64,000 bases of DNA from Phoronis australis (Eukaryota > Animalia > Phoronida). The notes below the pieces were generated by a model. The model was given only the letters and a program-made list of their open reading frames with translations. It searched no databases and had not been told where the DNA came from. Below are positions 1-11,155 of this stretch, piece after piece. Numbering within the stretch: position 1 is the first letter of the stretch; each line of letters starts with the position of its first letter. The stretch lies in assembly GCA_002633005.1 (NCBI GenBank), contig NMRA01000378.1, positions 62,001 to 126,000 on the forward strand, written 5' to 3'. Position numbers and translations under genes: made by a program.

Positions 1-537
1 AGCTCTCACACTGGTAATTGTCAAATGGATGATGGCGGAGAGTAAGCATTTTGGAAAGTACCTGATAACAGTAAAACTTTGGGATACCAGGAACTGTCTA
101 AAACCAACCCACACAGTGAAGTTTGAGAACGCAGATTGTGTAAAATACAAAACGCTATCAAAACTGCCATCAGAAAGGATACGTCAGCGACAACATATGG
201 CCCCTAAATTAGCGCCCGAGGAACCACGAAAATTATTTCCAAAGAGCCCTTTCATTCCATTGAGTACTAAACAATACGCTGAAAGAAAAGTAACAGATGT
301 TTTTAAAAACCTTCTTTAATCAAATTAAACTACATGAAATAGAGCAACACTTTCAAAGAGCATCGTAAGAGATAATTAAAATCACTGTATCGACGAGATC
401 ATCAAGCTACTACATGTATATGCTGAATGTCAACAGTAGTTTCCTGTTAGTTTTAATACATGTACATATCAGTATCAGATTCGTCACTGCTACTCCAGCT
501 TGATTTGGCCCGCTTGTGTCGTCATAGCCCATTTCCT

Positions 538-930
538 CTACCTATTGATCGGTTTGGTTTTCTTGTAAAAAACTAGCACCTTCAAAAAGGAAATAGGAAC
601 GGTAGATCCACAAAACCATTCGGGAGTGTAATATCCATCTTGTACCTTCCAACCGTAGGTGAGAGGATCCAAACCGTTTCCCGGCCGGATTGGCGGAATC
701 CACTTGACCCCAGAGCAAAGCAACACAATGGGCTCGTTTGAAATTGTTCAATAGTGTCTTTCGGCAAAGAGGAAGCAATGCGCAGTCAATCTTCTTGATG
801 TTGGACATCGGCTTTTTCTGAAATAAATAGTGAAAAAATTTTATTGACGATTGTCCAAAAGCTGACGAACAAAAACACAAAACCTCACCACCATTTACTG
901 TTTTTAGGTATGACGTGAAACTAGGCCTTT
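538..930 (-). pseudogene. Frameshifted C-terminal remnant of an unclassified invertebrate transposon-type protein
   Basis: Overlapping ORFs 542-880 and 538-726 join across a frameshift to give LLPLCRKTLLNNFKRAHCVALLW...GLDPLTYGWKVQDGYYTPEW. This resembles the LPPx..L..H..RA.Y...W...P..YGW...P.W tail common in repeat-derived invertebrate proteins (recalled, not searched). Confidence 0.45.
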
Positions 931-1049
931 TGGTTTAATACTATGAGAACATTTGCAATTATTTTTGTTGCTTTTATGAATTATATTTTATCAAGTACAG
1001 TTATTACCTTGTTTGTTCTTCCGGTCATCTCGGTTAATTTCAGATATCT

Positions 1050-1470
1050 CGCTTCATGGACTAGTCTAGCTCAAATTTTGATGGCATATCATGGTTGAGA
1101 TTGTTGGGGGTTTCTGCCGGGCACAACCCAGAGTGTATTTTGTTCATCACAGGGGTTTTAGTGATCTGTGATATGTATTGAATCATATGGAATTGGTTTT
1201 GTCTGGTACCTCGAATGTATGTGCTAGCTCATTTTTGGGGGTCATTTTTTGATTTCTGCCGGACCCATACCAGAGTGCAATTTGTCTGTCATGGGTCATT
1301 TGGTGTGCAGTGCGGTACTATTGTTTCCTTTTAAATCAGTTTTGACTGGTACCTCGAATATCTAATCTAGCTCATTTTCTGGGCCTTTTGTAAGGCCCCC
1401 AGGGGTCACACTCAGAGTACATACTGAGGTGGACTCTAAATGCTCCCGTGGTCAGATGTTGGTACCTCGT
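1050..1470. repeat. Degenerate ~130-140 bp tandem repeats, probably subterminal repeats of the element above
   Basis: Recurrent blocks ggtacctcg (~1205, ~1348, ~1461), ctagctca and tttctgccgg...cagagtg. Confidence 0.55.
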
Positions 1471-1507
1471 TCACCTATGCTAAGGGCTCTGGGCTGCCGG
1501 TCTATTG

Positions 1508-1690
1508 GCAGACTCCGTGGTGTAGTGGTTAAGGTGCTGGACTCGAATTATCTGTAGTTTCAGAAGTCGTGGGTTCCAATCCTGCCGCGCACAAAAAATC
1601 ACAGCATGAGTGTACCACGTATACGTGCTCGTTCTTCTAAGAACGCGGGAACACCTGACGATAGCCGGAGAAGAGACCGACATAGTTGTA
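1508..1690 (+). mobile_element. tRNA-derived SINE
   Basis: A box TGGTGTAGTGG (~1518) and B box GGGTTCCAATCC (~1571) in a tRNA-like head without a clean cloverleaf. The head is followed by a body that recurs at 12306-12385. Confidence 0.65.
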
Positions 1691-3373
1691 ATACGCCACC
1701 ACCTCAGAGCGGTTTTAGGAAGTCATTAGGTCACAGTTGGCTAACAATAACATCAAACATGTATATATTTGTCGAGTTTAGGGCTACCAGTACCTGTGTA
1801 GTCTATAACAGTTTTACCTTTATTTACAGTTACAAAGCGGTCATTCTAGTTTTTTATCTATAGTTTGTCGATGATTCATGATGCATGGACTGTTTTAAAA
1901 GTGCCCTGTGGTTGGCTGCTGTGTTCATACATGTATCTTCAGTTAGGTAATAATTGGTCTCGCGTGAGAGTTGATATTTCATGCTATTGGTAATGTCGCT
2001 GTTCCTTTAACTCATTGTATGCGAGGTTCGCTAGCCAGTTCGGGGATGATTCGACTCGGCAAGTTCTATAGGAATTCTCCATGCTCGCGACACCGAAATG
2101 TATGTCTATGGCATAGGAGTGTTTGGCTGGAGGAGATCCAACTAGGGGGTCTGAACCCCCCCTCGCTCATGCCTGCCGGGGCTAATCTGTATCCGGTAAC
2201 TGACTTCGTGTCAGGGACGAGCAGCTGAAAAACTAGGACACCTACCATTTAGAAAAAATTCACTTCAGTGGTCATTGAAGAAAAACGTGTCAATTGATCC
2301 ACAGGTCTGCACATGTATTTAAGTTAGAGAGCCAGCAGATTCCTCATTTAACGTCGACACAATTTAAATGCGCCATTTGGCCCAAATTAAGCAACCCAAG
2401 TGCGTCTATGATAATTTTTATGATGCTTAACTCGACCCTAAATTATGCTACACGTAGCACTTGGAAAGAACTTCCACAAAAAATTAGTTTTATAGGATTT
2501 GTGTTAGAAACATTCACGCTTTTAAATTTAAAGGGGTTATTTTCATAAACTCTCAGTTGGCCCAAGGCCCTAGGCGGAATTAAGGGGTGGAGGGCAAGGA
2601 GCATAACCTACTCCTACGGACACACCCAAAATTATAAAATGCAAAAAAAGAAAAAAAATACACCAGTATATGCATTTTTAGGCGTTACGCACCCATCTGT
2701 ACATAAGAAAATGTTTGGCTCCTGTCCTGTGAATGCTCTGCCTTTTTCCTTTGAAAATTGTGGGTGCCCACTCCAGCAATGTTCTAAATCAGCCACTGAA
2801 CACACCCTTTCTGAGATAATTCTGCAATAATAGCAAAGTTTCGGAAAGAAACTGGCCATGGAAAAACCCATAGTGAATAGCGTTTCCCTTTATGAGTGTG
2901 CTGGGTGCCCGCTTTCTGAACTCATGATCGTGGGTTCGAGTCCCAATGGGCGACACTGCCAGACCCTTGAGTTTAGGTGCTTAATTCTCTGCTCTTTTTC
3001 CGCTACACAGATGTCGATGATGTTTTTAAAAAATTCTAACCTTCCAGTTGCGCCTTGCTCATCGTGGAGAGTGACAGTTTTTCAAGATTGGGCCAACTTT
3101 GCAGTAGAAAACTTAGAACGATAACATATTGTACCGGTTCGATGTCCAAGGTTTCAAAGAAAAATAATGAATGTCCAATGAATTTTATACAATCTTGTAT
3201 TAAAAGATTAAAATCGAGTTCAGGTAACATAGAATACGAGGCTGGGGGACAAAAAAAATTGTTCTTCTGTATACTGAGAGAACCTTGGTTTAAGTATGCA
3301 GTTTTTTAAACAGTCAAGTAGTCTACATGAAATTGGTCTCTGAAACTCTCTGTTGTACACTTCACGCGTGCCG

Positions 3374-4674
3374 TCAACCACATTGATCCGATGACGCTCT
3401 AACCGCCGCTGTGCACTCTAGCCCAACGTCAAAAAATGCCAGAGCAATGTCTTTCTCAGAATATCGCTGAGATTTTGCCGCGTCCAACACGCCACAGACA
3501 GCCTTTGCCATCCCCGTACATCTCTTCCACGACATGACATTAGCCAGCCAAAACACTACATATGCTCTCTTAACACCCCAACCCTCTCTAGTAGCCAATT
3601 TGTAAAAGGCTCTGTTGAAAATTCCAGAGGTGTAGTGGATATCTATGGAATCTGAATAATCCCGGAAATGGGATTTCGATTTGCCGTCGATTCCTGGCGT
3701 GTCGAAATAACGCAATGCATCCAAAGCGCCACCTTTCTTTATCGACCGAGCGACTTTCCAGTCAACTTTACCGTTTAAGTAAAATTCCAATGCTTCACCC
3801 GAGATATCTGCGAAAGATTCTGAAATTGCACCAGATTGTAACCGGTTTTGTAAGCGGGAAGTTTCCAGTATAAATGCGTGTGCCATTTCGTGACCAACGA
3901 CATTTTCATCAGTCATGGGATGGAAAACTGTGTGGCCGTCCCCCAGGAAAACAGACTTTGAAGGAGGGTCGTACCGTGCAATGTCAAGCTTGTCGCCAAA
4001 ATGAACTCTGATGGTTATTGGAGGGCTCAGCACAACTCCTCTTTCAAACCACGCTTGGAACATTTCAAACATTTTTGTCCCGTGGTAATGGGCGTCGTTG
4101 ATTGGCGACCTGCCACCATTTATTGCGTCCGTATTGCCTGTAGCGCACGTATACGTGTGCGGCAAGGTGTTGCTCGTCTCCGACGTGAACTTGTTGTGGA
4201 CGAGGACTACTTTTGAATTCGACATGACGCACTGTAACGCTCGGCCCTCTGACACGTCTAGAAAACCTTTCTTCTGTCCAAAATAATACTCCCCAATCTT
4301 GTCATTTCCCCCTATCCCCATTGCGTTCAGTCTCAAATCACCTTCTCTCCACAAGCCAAAGACAGCAATGGTCACTGCGTCGACCCAAACGGTATACAAG
4401 AAATTATCAACAATCACCTTGCGTTCCCTAATAACCCCAGAAATTTGAATTTCGTAATATTGCCGAACAACCGAATCATTGCGCACATCTATCGATAAGT
4501 TGAAGTCATTCACTCTCCTCACACAAGGTCGCCGTAGTCCAGTCATCAGCAGTTTTACCACAGCATATTTAGCTGCCCTTTTGGCCATGTAGCGCGGTGG
4601 TAATTCAGATTTTGGCCTGAGATGCTGAAGGCCTACGAACAAGGTGCCGTACACGTTGTCTGTTAAAATTTGTC
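3374..4674 (-). CDS. M4 protease copy 1 terminal exon (PepSY-like region plus catalytic domain)
   Basis: Acceptor tatgtttcag|GACAAATT; open frame to TGA at 3374; HExxH plus downstream Glu. The paralogues diverge upstream of this acceptor. Confidence 0.92.
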
Positions 4675-7600
4675 CTGAAACATAAATGTTCATATGTATC
4701 TTAAAAATTTTGCAGATCCTCTGTTTCTTTATGTACCGAATTGGAACACATTTCAAACTGAAGGGTAGAAGTAAAGCTCGAGAATTTGAGTTCAGATTCG
4801 AAATGATAGCTTTAATTGGGGTCAAACAGAGCAAACTAGAGTTAGAAAGTCGTCCGCTGATTCACACCAACCATAATACAGCCATCATGGATTATGTTTG
4901 AATTGAAGCAGAACACAAATAACTAAAAACCATTCGACCGAGCACAGACTAGACACCCAGGCCTTATACACGATTTGCTACTGTGGGAATAAATCTACAC
5001 AAAAATGATGCTCTATAGTCACCGCAGTAACCGTTCTGCACATTTCAAACTAATATTATTACTTTGAAACTGTATGGCTCAGCAAACCTGTCTGACACTC
5101 GGACAACAGAGGTGTGCATGTATGTCTCACCAAACAGGACCTTACAGGAACTGTGAAACTATGAATCTCAACAAACATGACCTTATTTTTACAGTGAAAC
5201 AAACGAGGCTTTACTTGGACAATACAACCGTAGGACTCAGCAAACAGAACTTTAGTTGGACAGTGAAGCTGTCGTCTCAACAAACAGGACTTTACTTGGA
5301 GAGTGAAACTGCCCAGTAAACATGACAGCATTGGCCCAGTACTGGATATCTGTTGCTTGATAGCGCTTGTACCGTATACCGATTTACGTTTCTGGGCCAC
5401 TAATGGCCCAGTACCGTCCAACGACACTAACCCAGTGAACCCTTCCCTTACCGGGTCGCCGGTATTGGCCCCATATCGCTTGGCCGGTAAACACAGACTT
5501 GAACACAAGAGGGTAGTTTGACGCTTATCCACAGGGGGGCCAGGCTTACTATTTTTAACGCTAAAAACTTTTAAGTTTTCTTTAAAAAATCACCATCAGA
5601 TGTGTGACAATAAAACTTTTCAATTTTCATAAAAATTAATTACCAGCAGCTGTATTACAGTGTAATTTTATTTTTTAAAGAAAACTTTCCACCAGAAGAC
5701 CCTCATGAAAAAACCGCCATTTGAAATTTCCCTTGAAGAGCACTTGCCTTGTTTAGCGATTTTCTACAGTTTGAAACCAGCGTTCGTAACAGAATAGTGA
5801 AGGATTTTCACAGTGAACTTCAGATAAGTTTCATATTTGTTCACTTTGCATGCAGTGTCTGTAGAAGTAATACAAAACATGATTTATACCACAGACATTC
5901 TCAGCTTCTGATCGTCTCCAATACGAATGTCTCAACAGACATCTCGCTAAAATAAGACTTTAATTAGACAGTGAAACTGCATGTGCCAACAAACGTCGCT
6001 TTGGAAATGAGACCTTACTTGGACAGTGAAACTGTATCTCGTAATCCTCACACCTCTTCCCTTTTTTCTGGTCCTTATTCAGACAAACAATGCCGTCCAC
6101 CGGACTACATTTTATGGCCAGTAGATTTGGAGGAATCCCGGTGTCAGCGGTGAATTTGCTATACTTCTTTCCCTTAACACGGCACACAGCGTAATCCGGC
6201 GTACCTCCATTACACACATTCATTCCACGTCGCTGAAATGATGCAGTGGTTGCATACATGTAAAATCTGAATGCTAGTTACGGCTGAATGAGTGCATGTT
6301 ATAGTGAACTGGAGAAATTGGAGCCCCACATGTAATTATAGTCATTTAATATAATCGCCACGTTTCAGATTTAAATTGATAGTCATCAGTCTCATGAATT
6401 AAGCGAACTTCATTACTCCTTGTTTTCGAATAACGCTGTTCAGAAAAATGATCGCCATCACCGGAGTTTCAGCGCTATTCTGCGAGAGAAGTACTCTCAG
6501 GTATTTTGAATGGAGTTTCCCTTGACTGCCTAAAAGGCTTGCTCAAGACGGTGCGTTCTTTGTGAGGAGGCCATTGATACTTCTGCGAGAAACTATTTTC
6601 GTTTAGGCAATGAGCAGTCAAGAGTAGAAATGATTCCGAAACAGAATACACACTTCAGCCAAGATTGTCCGTCAAACGAAATTGACGTACATGTAAGTAT
6701 GCAATTATCTTATTTTCTCAACAGGAAGCATAGTCCTGTGTATTTATTGTGGCCAAGTCTCACACCTTGGTACAAAAAATGCACTATCTGTGGAAAGCAA
6801 TCAGAAGCAGCTTACTCGCATATCTTTTATTCTTTCACAGTCTCCGATTCCGTCTGGTGTATCTATACTAGTGAAAGTGGTCCAGTAGCCTATACAGGAA
6901 GCAAATCAAGTTATAATTTATATTCGCCATATGTCTCGAGTAAAATACTTGTGTCACAAGCTCGTTTCCATTGCTGAAAAGGGTACCGAGGTTGGCCAAA
7001 TCAAGTAATTTGTTTTTACAGACTAAAAATTCAAAGAATATTGGTTGAAAATAAGGTACAATAAGTAAAAAATATTAATTTCTGGCCACACAAGGAAAAA
7101 ACGCAACACAGACGTAGATTCGAGATGGTGACAAAAGTGATGGGAGTTAGTGGATGGGTAAGAATAAAATATTTAGACAGGTATGTCGGTGTATCTGACA
7201 CAAGGCAATAGAACTGAAGCAACAAACAAAAGAAATTTCTTTAGTCACGTGTCAGTCATCAGCCTGAAGAATAAACGACGTATCCGAATTGAGGAAAGGG
7301 TATACAAGAGAAAGGAGTCCCAGTATGTTGAAAAGTGGAAATGCTAGTTGTTGCACTTTCACTGCGCATTGAAGCGCGTAAATGTAATCCTCTGTGGTAT
7401 CAAATTGTTGAATGGTCGTTTACGAAAACGAAAATACATTTTCAAATACACCTGATCAGGTGAAATACTTACAAATTATTTTCATTTTAATTATCTTATT
7501 TCTGTACGCACAACAAATAACGAGTTTAAATGCTGACATGTACGTTTTATTTACCAATTGGCCGTCGTAATTTAATCTAGGGTTAGTAAACTAAATTGTC

Positions 7601-8543
7601 AAAACAACTTTGACGTTTCACAGTTTCGCGCCGGGTACGGCTCTCTGGTTATATGCAGGTATTTACTCAACAATTTACTCATGCAGGTACCTTTTCGTAT
7701 TGGCACGAATATTGAAGCGTCCTCCACTCTCGTGTCTAGGTAGTATTGGTGAGCTCGGCACCACGTCTGATTATTCAGGACTATGTCCTCGCTAAGCTTC
7801 ACTGTGTTGTTCAGTCCAAGGTCGAAATAGTCGTTAGGGTCGGGCGACACGACATTCTTCTTGATGAGTGAAGCCGCGCTGCGACTGTAAGCGGGATAGC
7901 GGTACTTCCAACCCCTCGCACGTAACCCACCTGCAAAAAGGCCACTAAATGGAGCGTGTTTTCGTTTGACCGTATACACTGTAGGGACAACTTTAGTTTG
8001 TTCAAAAAGCAAAAAAATGCACCCGTAAATCTGGCAAGCGATGTAACTTCACTCTGCGTGTTAAACTTAACTGCATAACAGGCAACCAGTACATAAATGG
8101 GACCAAACAGGTGCTAACTGTTTTAAGTTTCTTTATTTTTTTAAGACGTGTATAGTACTTGTATACGTTCAAATTCGAATGGACGCACGCTCTAACAGTC
8201 TCGTTAAGTAAACGCTCTTTCGCGGTGCACCCACCAATGCATCATCAGCATTACAAACTAAGAACGATAGAATTTGATACAAAACAGACTAGTGAAATAA
8301 GTTGTCTTTTTGCCCAGACTTCTATGCTCTTTATCAAACGTCCAATCACAGCAGTGAATACAAGCAAGAGCGAACGGAACACACGAGTTCACTGAACTAT
8401 GCCCAAGAAAGGTAGCCGTTGCTACACCACGCCAAGCTCTGGTACAACTGCAACTCATTGTACACGTAAACATTTTTTTTCTTTGCAAACATCTTCGCAT
8501 ACTTACACGTTAACAAAATGTATATGCAGAGTGCTCGCGCCAT
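3374..8543 (-). CDS. Secreted M4 (thermolysin/vibriolysin/LasB-like) zinc metalloprotease, copy 1. Exons 8507-8543, 7691-7930, [6816-6889, 6019-6232], 3374-4674; 525 aa, or 621 aa with the WxxW cassette
   Basis: All junctions are GT-AG and in frame. Signal peptide MARALCIYILLTCGLRARG; FTP motif CRAHQYYLDTRVEDASIFV; mature start GIGGNDKIGEYYFG; SPINDAHY; HEMAH; GAISESFAD; ALRYF; IHYTSGIFNRAFYKLA; WGVKRAYVVFWLAN. Copy 2 has identical exon sizes. Confidence 0.85.
5059..6040. repeat. Degenerate ~40-bp minisatellite matching the WxxW exon donor junction, interrupted by a ~600-bp insertion (~5310-5923)
   Basis: Repeated variants of caaacaggac-(c/t)ttacttggacagtgaaactg-ctcaa at 5059-5310 and 5925-6040. 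The same array occurs at 20660-20940 and 21680-21760. Confidence 0.6.
6019..6232 (-). CDS. WxxW (Mucin2_WxxW-like) domain, C-terminal exon, copy 1
   Basis: catttcag|CGA...CCAA|gtaagg; encodes VCNGGTPDYAVCRV...KCSPVDGIVCLNKDQKKGKRCEDYEIQFHCP, the six-Cys WxxW pattern. Confidence 0.8.
6816..6889 (-). CDS. WxxW domain, N-terminal exon, copy 1
   Basis: gtatag|GC TAC TGG...ATG CGA|gtaagc; encodes GYWTTFTSIDTPDGIGDCERIKDMR (WTxW/F...D.P...GD.E motif). Not visible as an ORF in the supplied track. Confidence 0.75.
7691..7930 (-). CDS. M4 protease copy 1, FTP propeptide exon
   Basis: tttgcag|GTGGG...CGAAAAG|gtacct; 240 nt, phase 1-1; contains RAHQYYLDTRV, matching the FTP RxxQxYxGxxV motif. Confidence 0.8.
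8507..8543 (-). CDS. M4 protease copy 1, first coding exon (signal peptide)
   Basis: ATG GCG CGA GCA CTC TGC ATA TAC ATT TTG TTA ACG T|gtaagt; conserved in copy 2. Confidence 0.75.
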
Positions 8544-10020
8544 CGACAGTCGATTTGAGACAAAATACTTGTCCAGATTATTGCTTATGTATGTCCCTTC
8601 ACCCTGGTAACTGCAGACATCAATTTTAATTCATTGCCACACATTTGCGTCAGACGTGTAATAACTTCTGCTTAAAATAGGTAAAGAGCGGGAGACTGTC
8701 GTCCACAAGCGTCGCATAGACTACGATGAACACTCTGATCTTTGTTTACGATGTGAAATAGTCAAGTAGATCGCATTGGTCGTCAGTGTAGCAATGTGCT
8801 CCTGTTACTGAAAATAAGTAGGCCAGTAAACGTTTTTCAATGGCAATTGAACACACGCGGTGTGTCATGACGCATATTTATCTTGAACATTGATGCGGCG
8901 GTGCGTTGTTTAGCTTTCTATATTTGCAATACAAAAGAGTAACCAGATGCAGGCTGAATTGGGTTGGAACTCCTTTTTTTAACCGTAGCAAGGTACCAAC
9001 AATATGCCCTTGAATTTATCTGTACCTTGATAACTACTGACTCGCTGTAATAAAAACATATAGGAAGGACACTAAAAATCAGTATGCTCAGGATTTTGTA
9101 CTGAAATATGCATGGAACTCTACGGAATCATTTTCGAACAAATCTTTAGATAACTTATTTACCCCTAATCTAGACTCTGGGATGCCGGGTCCCCGACAAA
9201 GTTGATCAGGCTTCGGCCACCTGTTGTCTCGCTGTAACCATAGCCACGACGACGCTTGTTCAGCTGATCTCATCACTGTCTGAACCAAATTCTTGACACT
9301 TTCCTGATACCTAGGAACTTCATCAACCTCCACATATGCTGCTCCCGATGCCCTTTACATCGTACTTCCAACCAGTACTGAACAATCATGGGAAAGATTC
9401 GCATACTTTAGCGTTTTCCTCTCGTTGGAATTATATATAAACAAAAAAGAGCGCTCAACAAAGGAACAGCGTTATCAGAAAATCTCAAATAACTCGAAAA
9501 GTAGACGTCCTAGCGTAAAATGGAAACCATCTTCTGAAAGCCCGATCAAAATTCTATATAAACTGATGGTATCGCTTAATTCCGTAAATTTTTCGAAAAA
9601 AATGAAATTTTGCGTTTTTTTTAAGAAATTCCAAGTCAAATAACTCGAAAACGGTAAGTCTGAGAAAAAAATTGTTACAGGCCATTTGAAAGATTATACT
9701 TCAAAGAATCTACATGCAAAAAATCACGTCTTTTTCTCTTCCCGTTTAAAATTGCACTCCAGACAAATGAAAATGGGTCAGCATGCGCCATATCCGCCAT
9801 CTTGAAAGCAACTTCCGGTTTTCGCTCGTTACTCCAGAGATCAAGGAGACCGAGGTAGACGATGTAAAGTCATCTAATATGACTAATACAATTACAAGTA
9901 ATAGATATTGAATAAACATAAATAAATAAAAAATGATCTCTGGTAAGATGGGCAATAAAAAGCGCCACAAGAGATTTTGTAAGACAGCTCATGCGTATCT
10001 TGATTTATCTGTCGCAGGGC

Positions 10021-11155
10021 AATATCTCACTTGCAAGTTTCTCGTTAGTCAATGTGACGTCACCGGAAAAGGGGTAAAACTCGCCATATTGCTCTTGTTT
10101 GGCCCCGAGTCTTTGCTACACACACTAAATTTTACTGGAGTTCTTATAGTGAATTTTACGCTTAAAACGTTAACACAACTTAAAGGATGGTAGGTGGATC
10201 GTGGAATAACTGTGAATGGACGAAGAAAATGTGAACTTGATATGTTGAGCGAAGCTGTGAACGGGCTGAAATTGGAACTCAACCTGGTCTAGGCCTGAAT
10301 GCCGCAGGCACACAGGGGCGATAGTTTATCCCCATAAAAAGTTACTCACTTCAAAATACAGCAAATAAAATCAAATGAAATATGCATATGCGCACATGGA
10401 GTTATAATTAATTAAAACATACCCTGACTCTGGTTACAATTTAGTCTACAAATAACTTGAACCTATCCATGAAAACCTCGCGGTTCGCTCAAGTTTCTCT
10501 TACAGGGCCCCATTTTGAGGAAGTTACGTGAAATCACGAACAATAAGTCCAAGGAACACAAATCTTACAAATTCACTTGATATGTTCTCATGTTATTTTG
10601 CAAGTGTCACGCGCCAGGTCTCGCGCTTCACCCAGTCTCGCGCTAGCCTTTGCCTCATACTCACCTGACCAGTTGAACTACTTTGTGGTTATCGCGCGCG
10701 CGGTTTAAGTTAACAGTAACCACAATGTGGAGTTGGAATTCTTCGCCAAAGTCACCTGAATTCCCGTAGCTATGCTTCATCGAAGATATGTTTAGAAGCA
10801 GAGAGGACCAATGGAGGAAGTAAGCGCCTTTTTAGGTGACAATTTTAATAGATGTAAATGTATTCTTGACGTGGTGAAAACTTAATCAGTGAGCGGATTT
10901 CGCCTATCGCCCGTTTAAAATACACGAAACGAAATTAGTACAAAACGCGATAGAACGTATTGTAGTGCGAATCTGAATTTCATTTGCCATAACAGCAATG
11001 CTTGTTTGTCATTTTTCGAACTATAAACGGCCAAAAAGTGGAAAAAATAACAGAATACACTCTGCTAACGTATTGGGCAAATGAGCCAAACGACAAGCTT
11101 TTGCCCCACTTCCCGTGACGTCACAGTTATTGTTATAAACTCGCAAAGGACTATT
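10021..11155. mobile_element. Non-autonomous DNA transposon with degenerate ~60-bp terminal inverted repeats
   Basis: The left end aata...ttgcaagttt...tgtgacgtcaccggaaaaggggtaaaa is the inverse of the right end ttttgccccacttcccgtgacgtcaca...aaactcgcaaa...tatt. The paralogous site near 26520-26530 is empty. Confidence 0.55.

Noticed and set aside
1508-1586. Functional tRNA gene
   Set aside because: A and B boxes are present, but acceptor and anticodon stems are not convincing and it is attached to a repeated body, so it is a SINE head.
2930-2945. Isolated B-box-like GGTTCGAGTCCC
   Set aside because: No A box or cloverleaf nearby.
3374-4834. Bacterial contamination as the source of the M4 ORFs
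   Set aside because: Spliceosomal introns, an animal WxxW exon pair, flanking animal transposons and no operon context.
4675-4888. ORF-track N-terminus of the 486-aa protease, and an upstream in-frame ATG...TGA suggesting readthrough
   Set aside because: The region lies upstream of a strong acceptor and is not conserved in frame in copy 2, so it is intron. The real N-terminus is in exons 7691-7930 and 8507-8543.
5059-5532. 157-aa ORF, or a CRISPR-like repeat array
   Set aside because: The units are degenerate tandem repeats without unique spacers, in a eukaryotic intron with no cas genes. The ORF is not conserved in copy 2.
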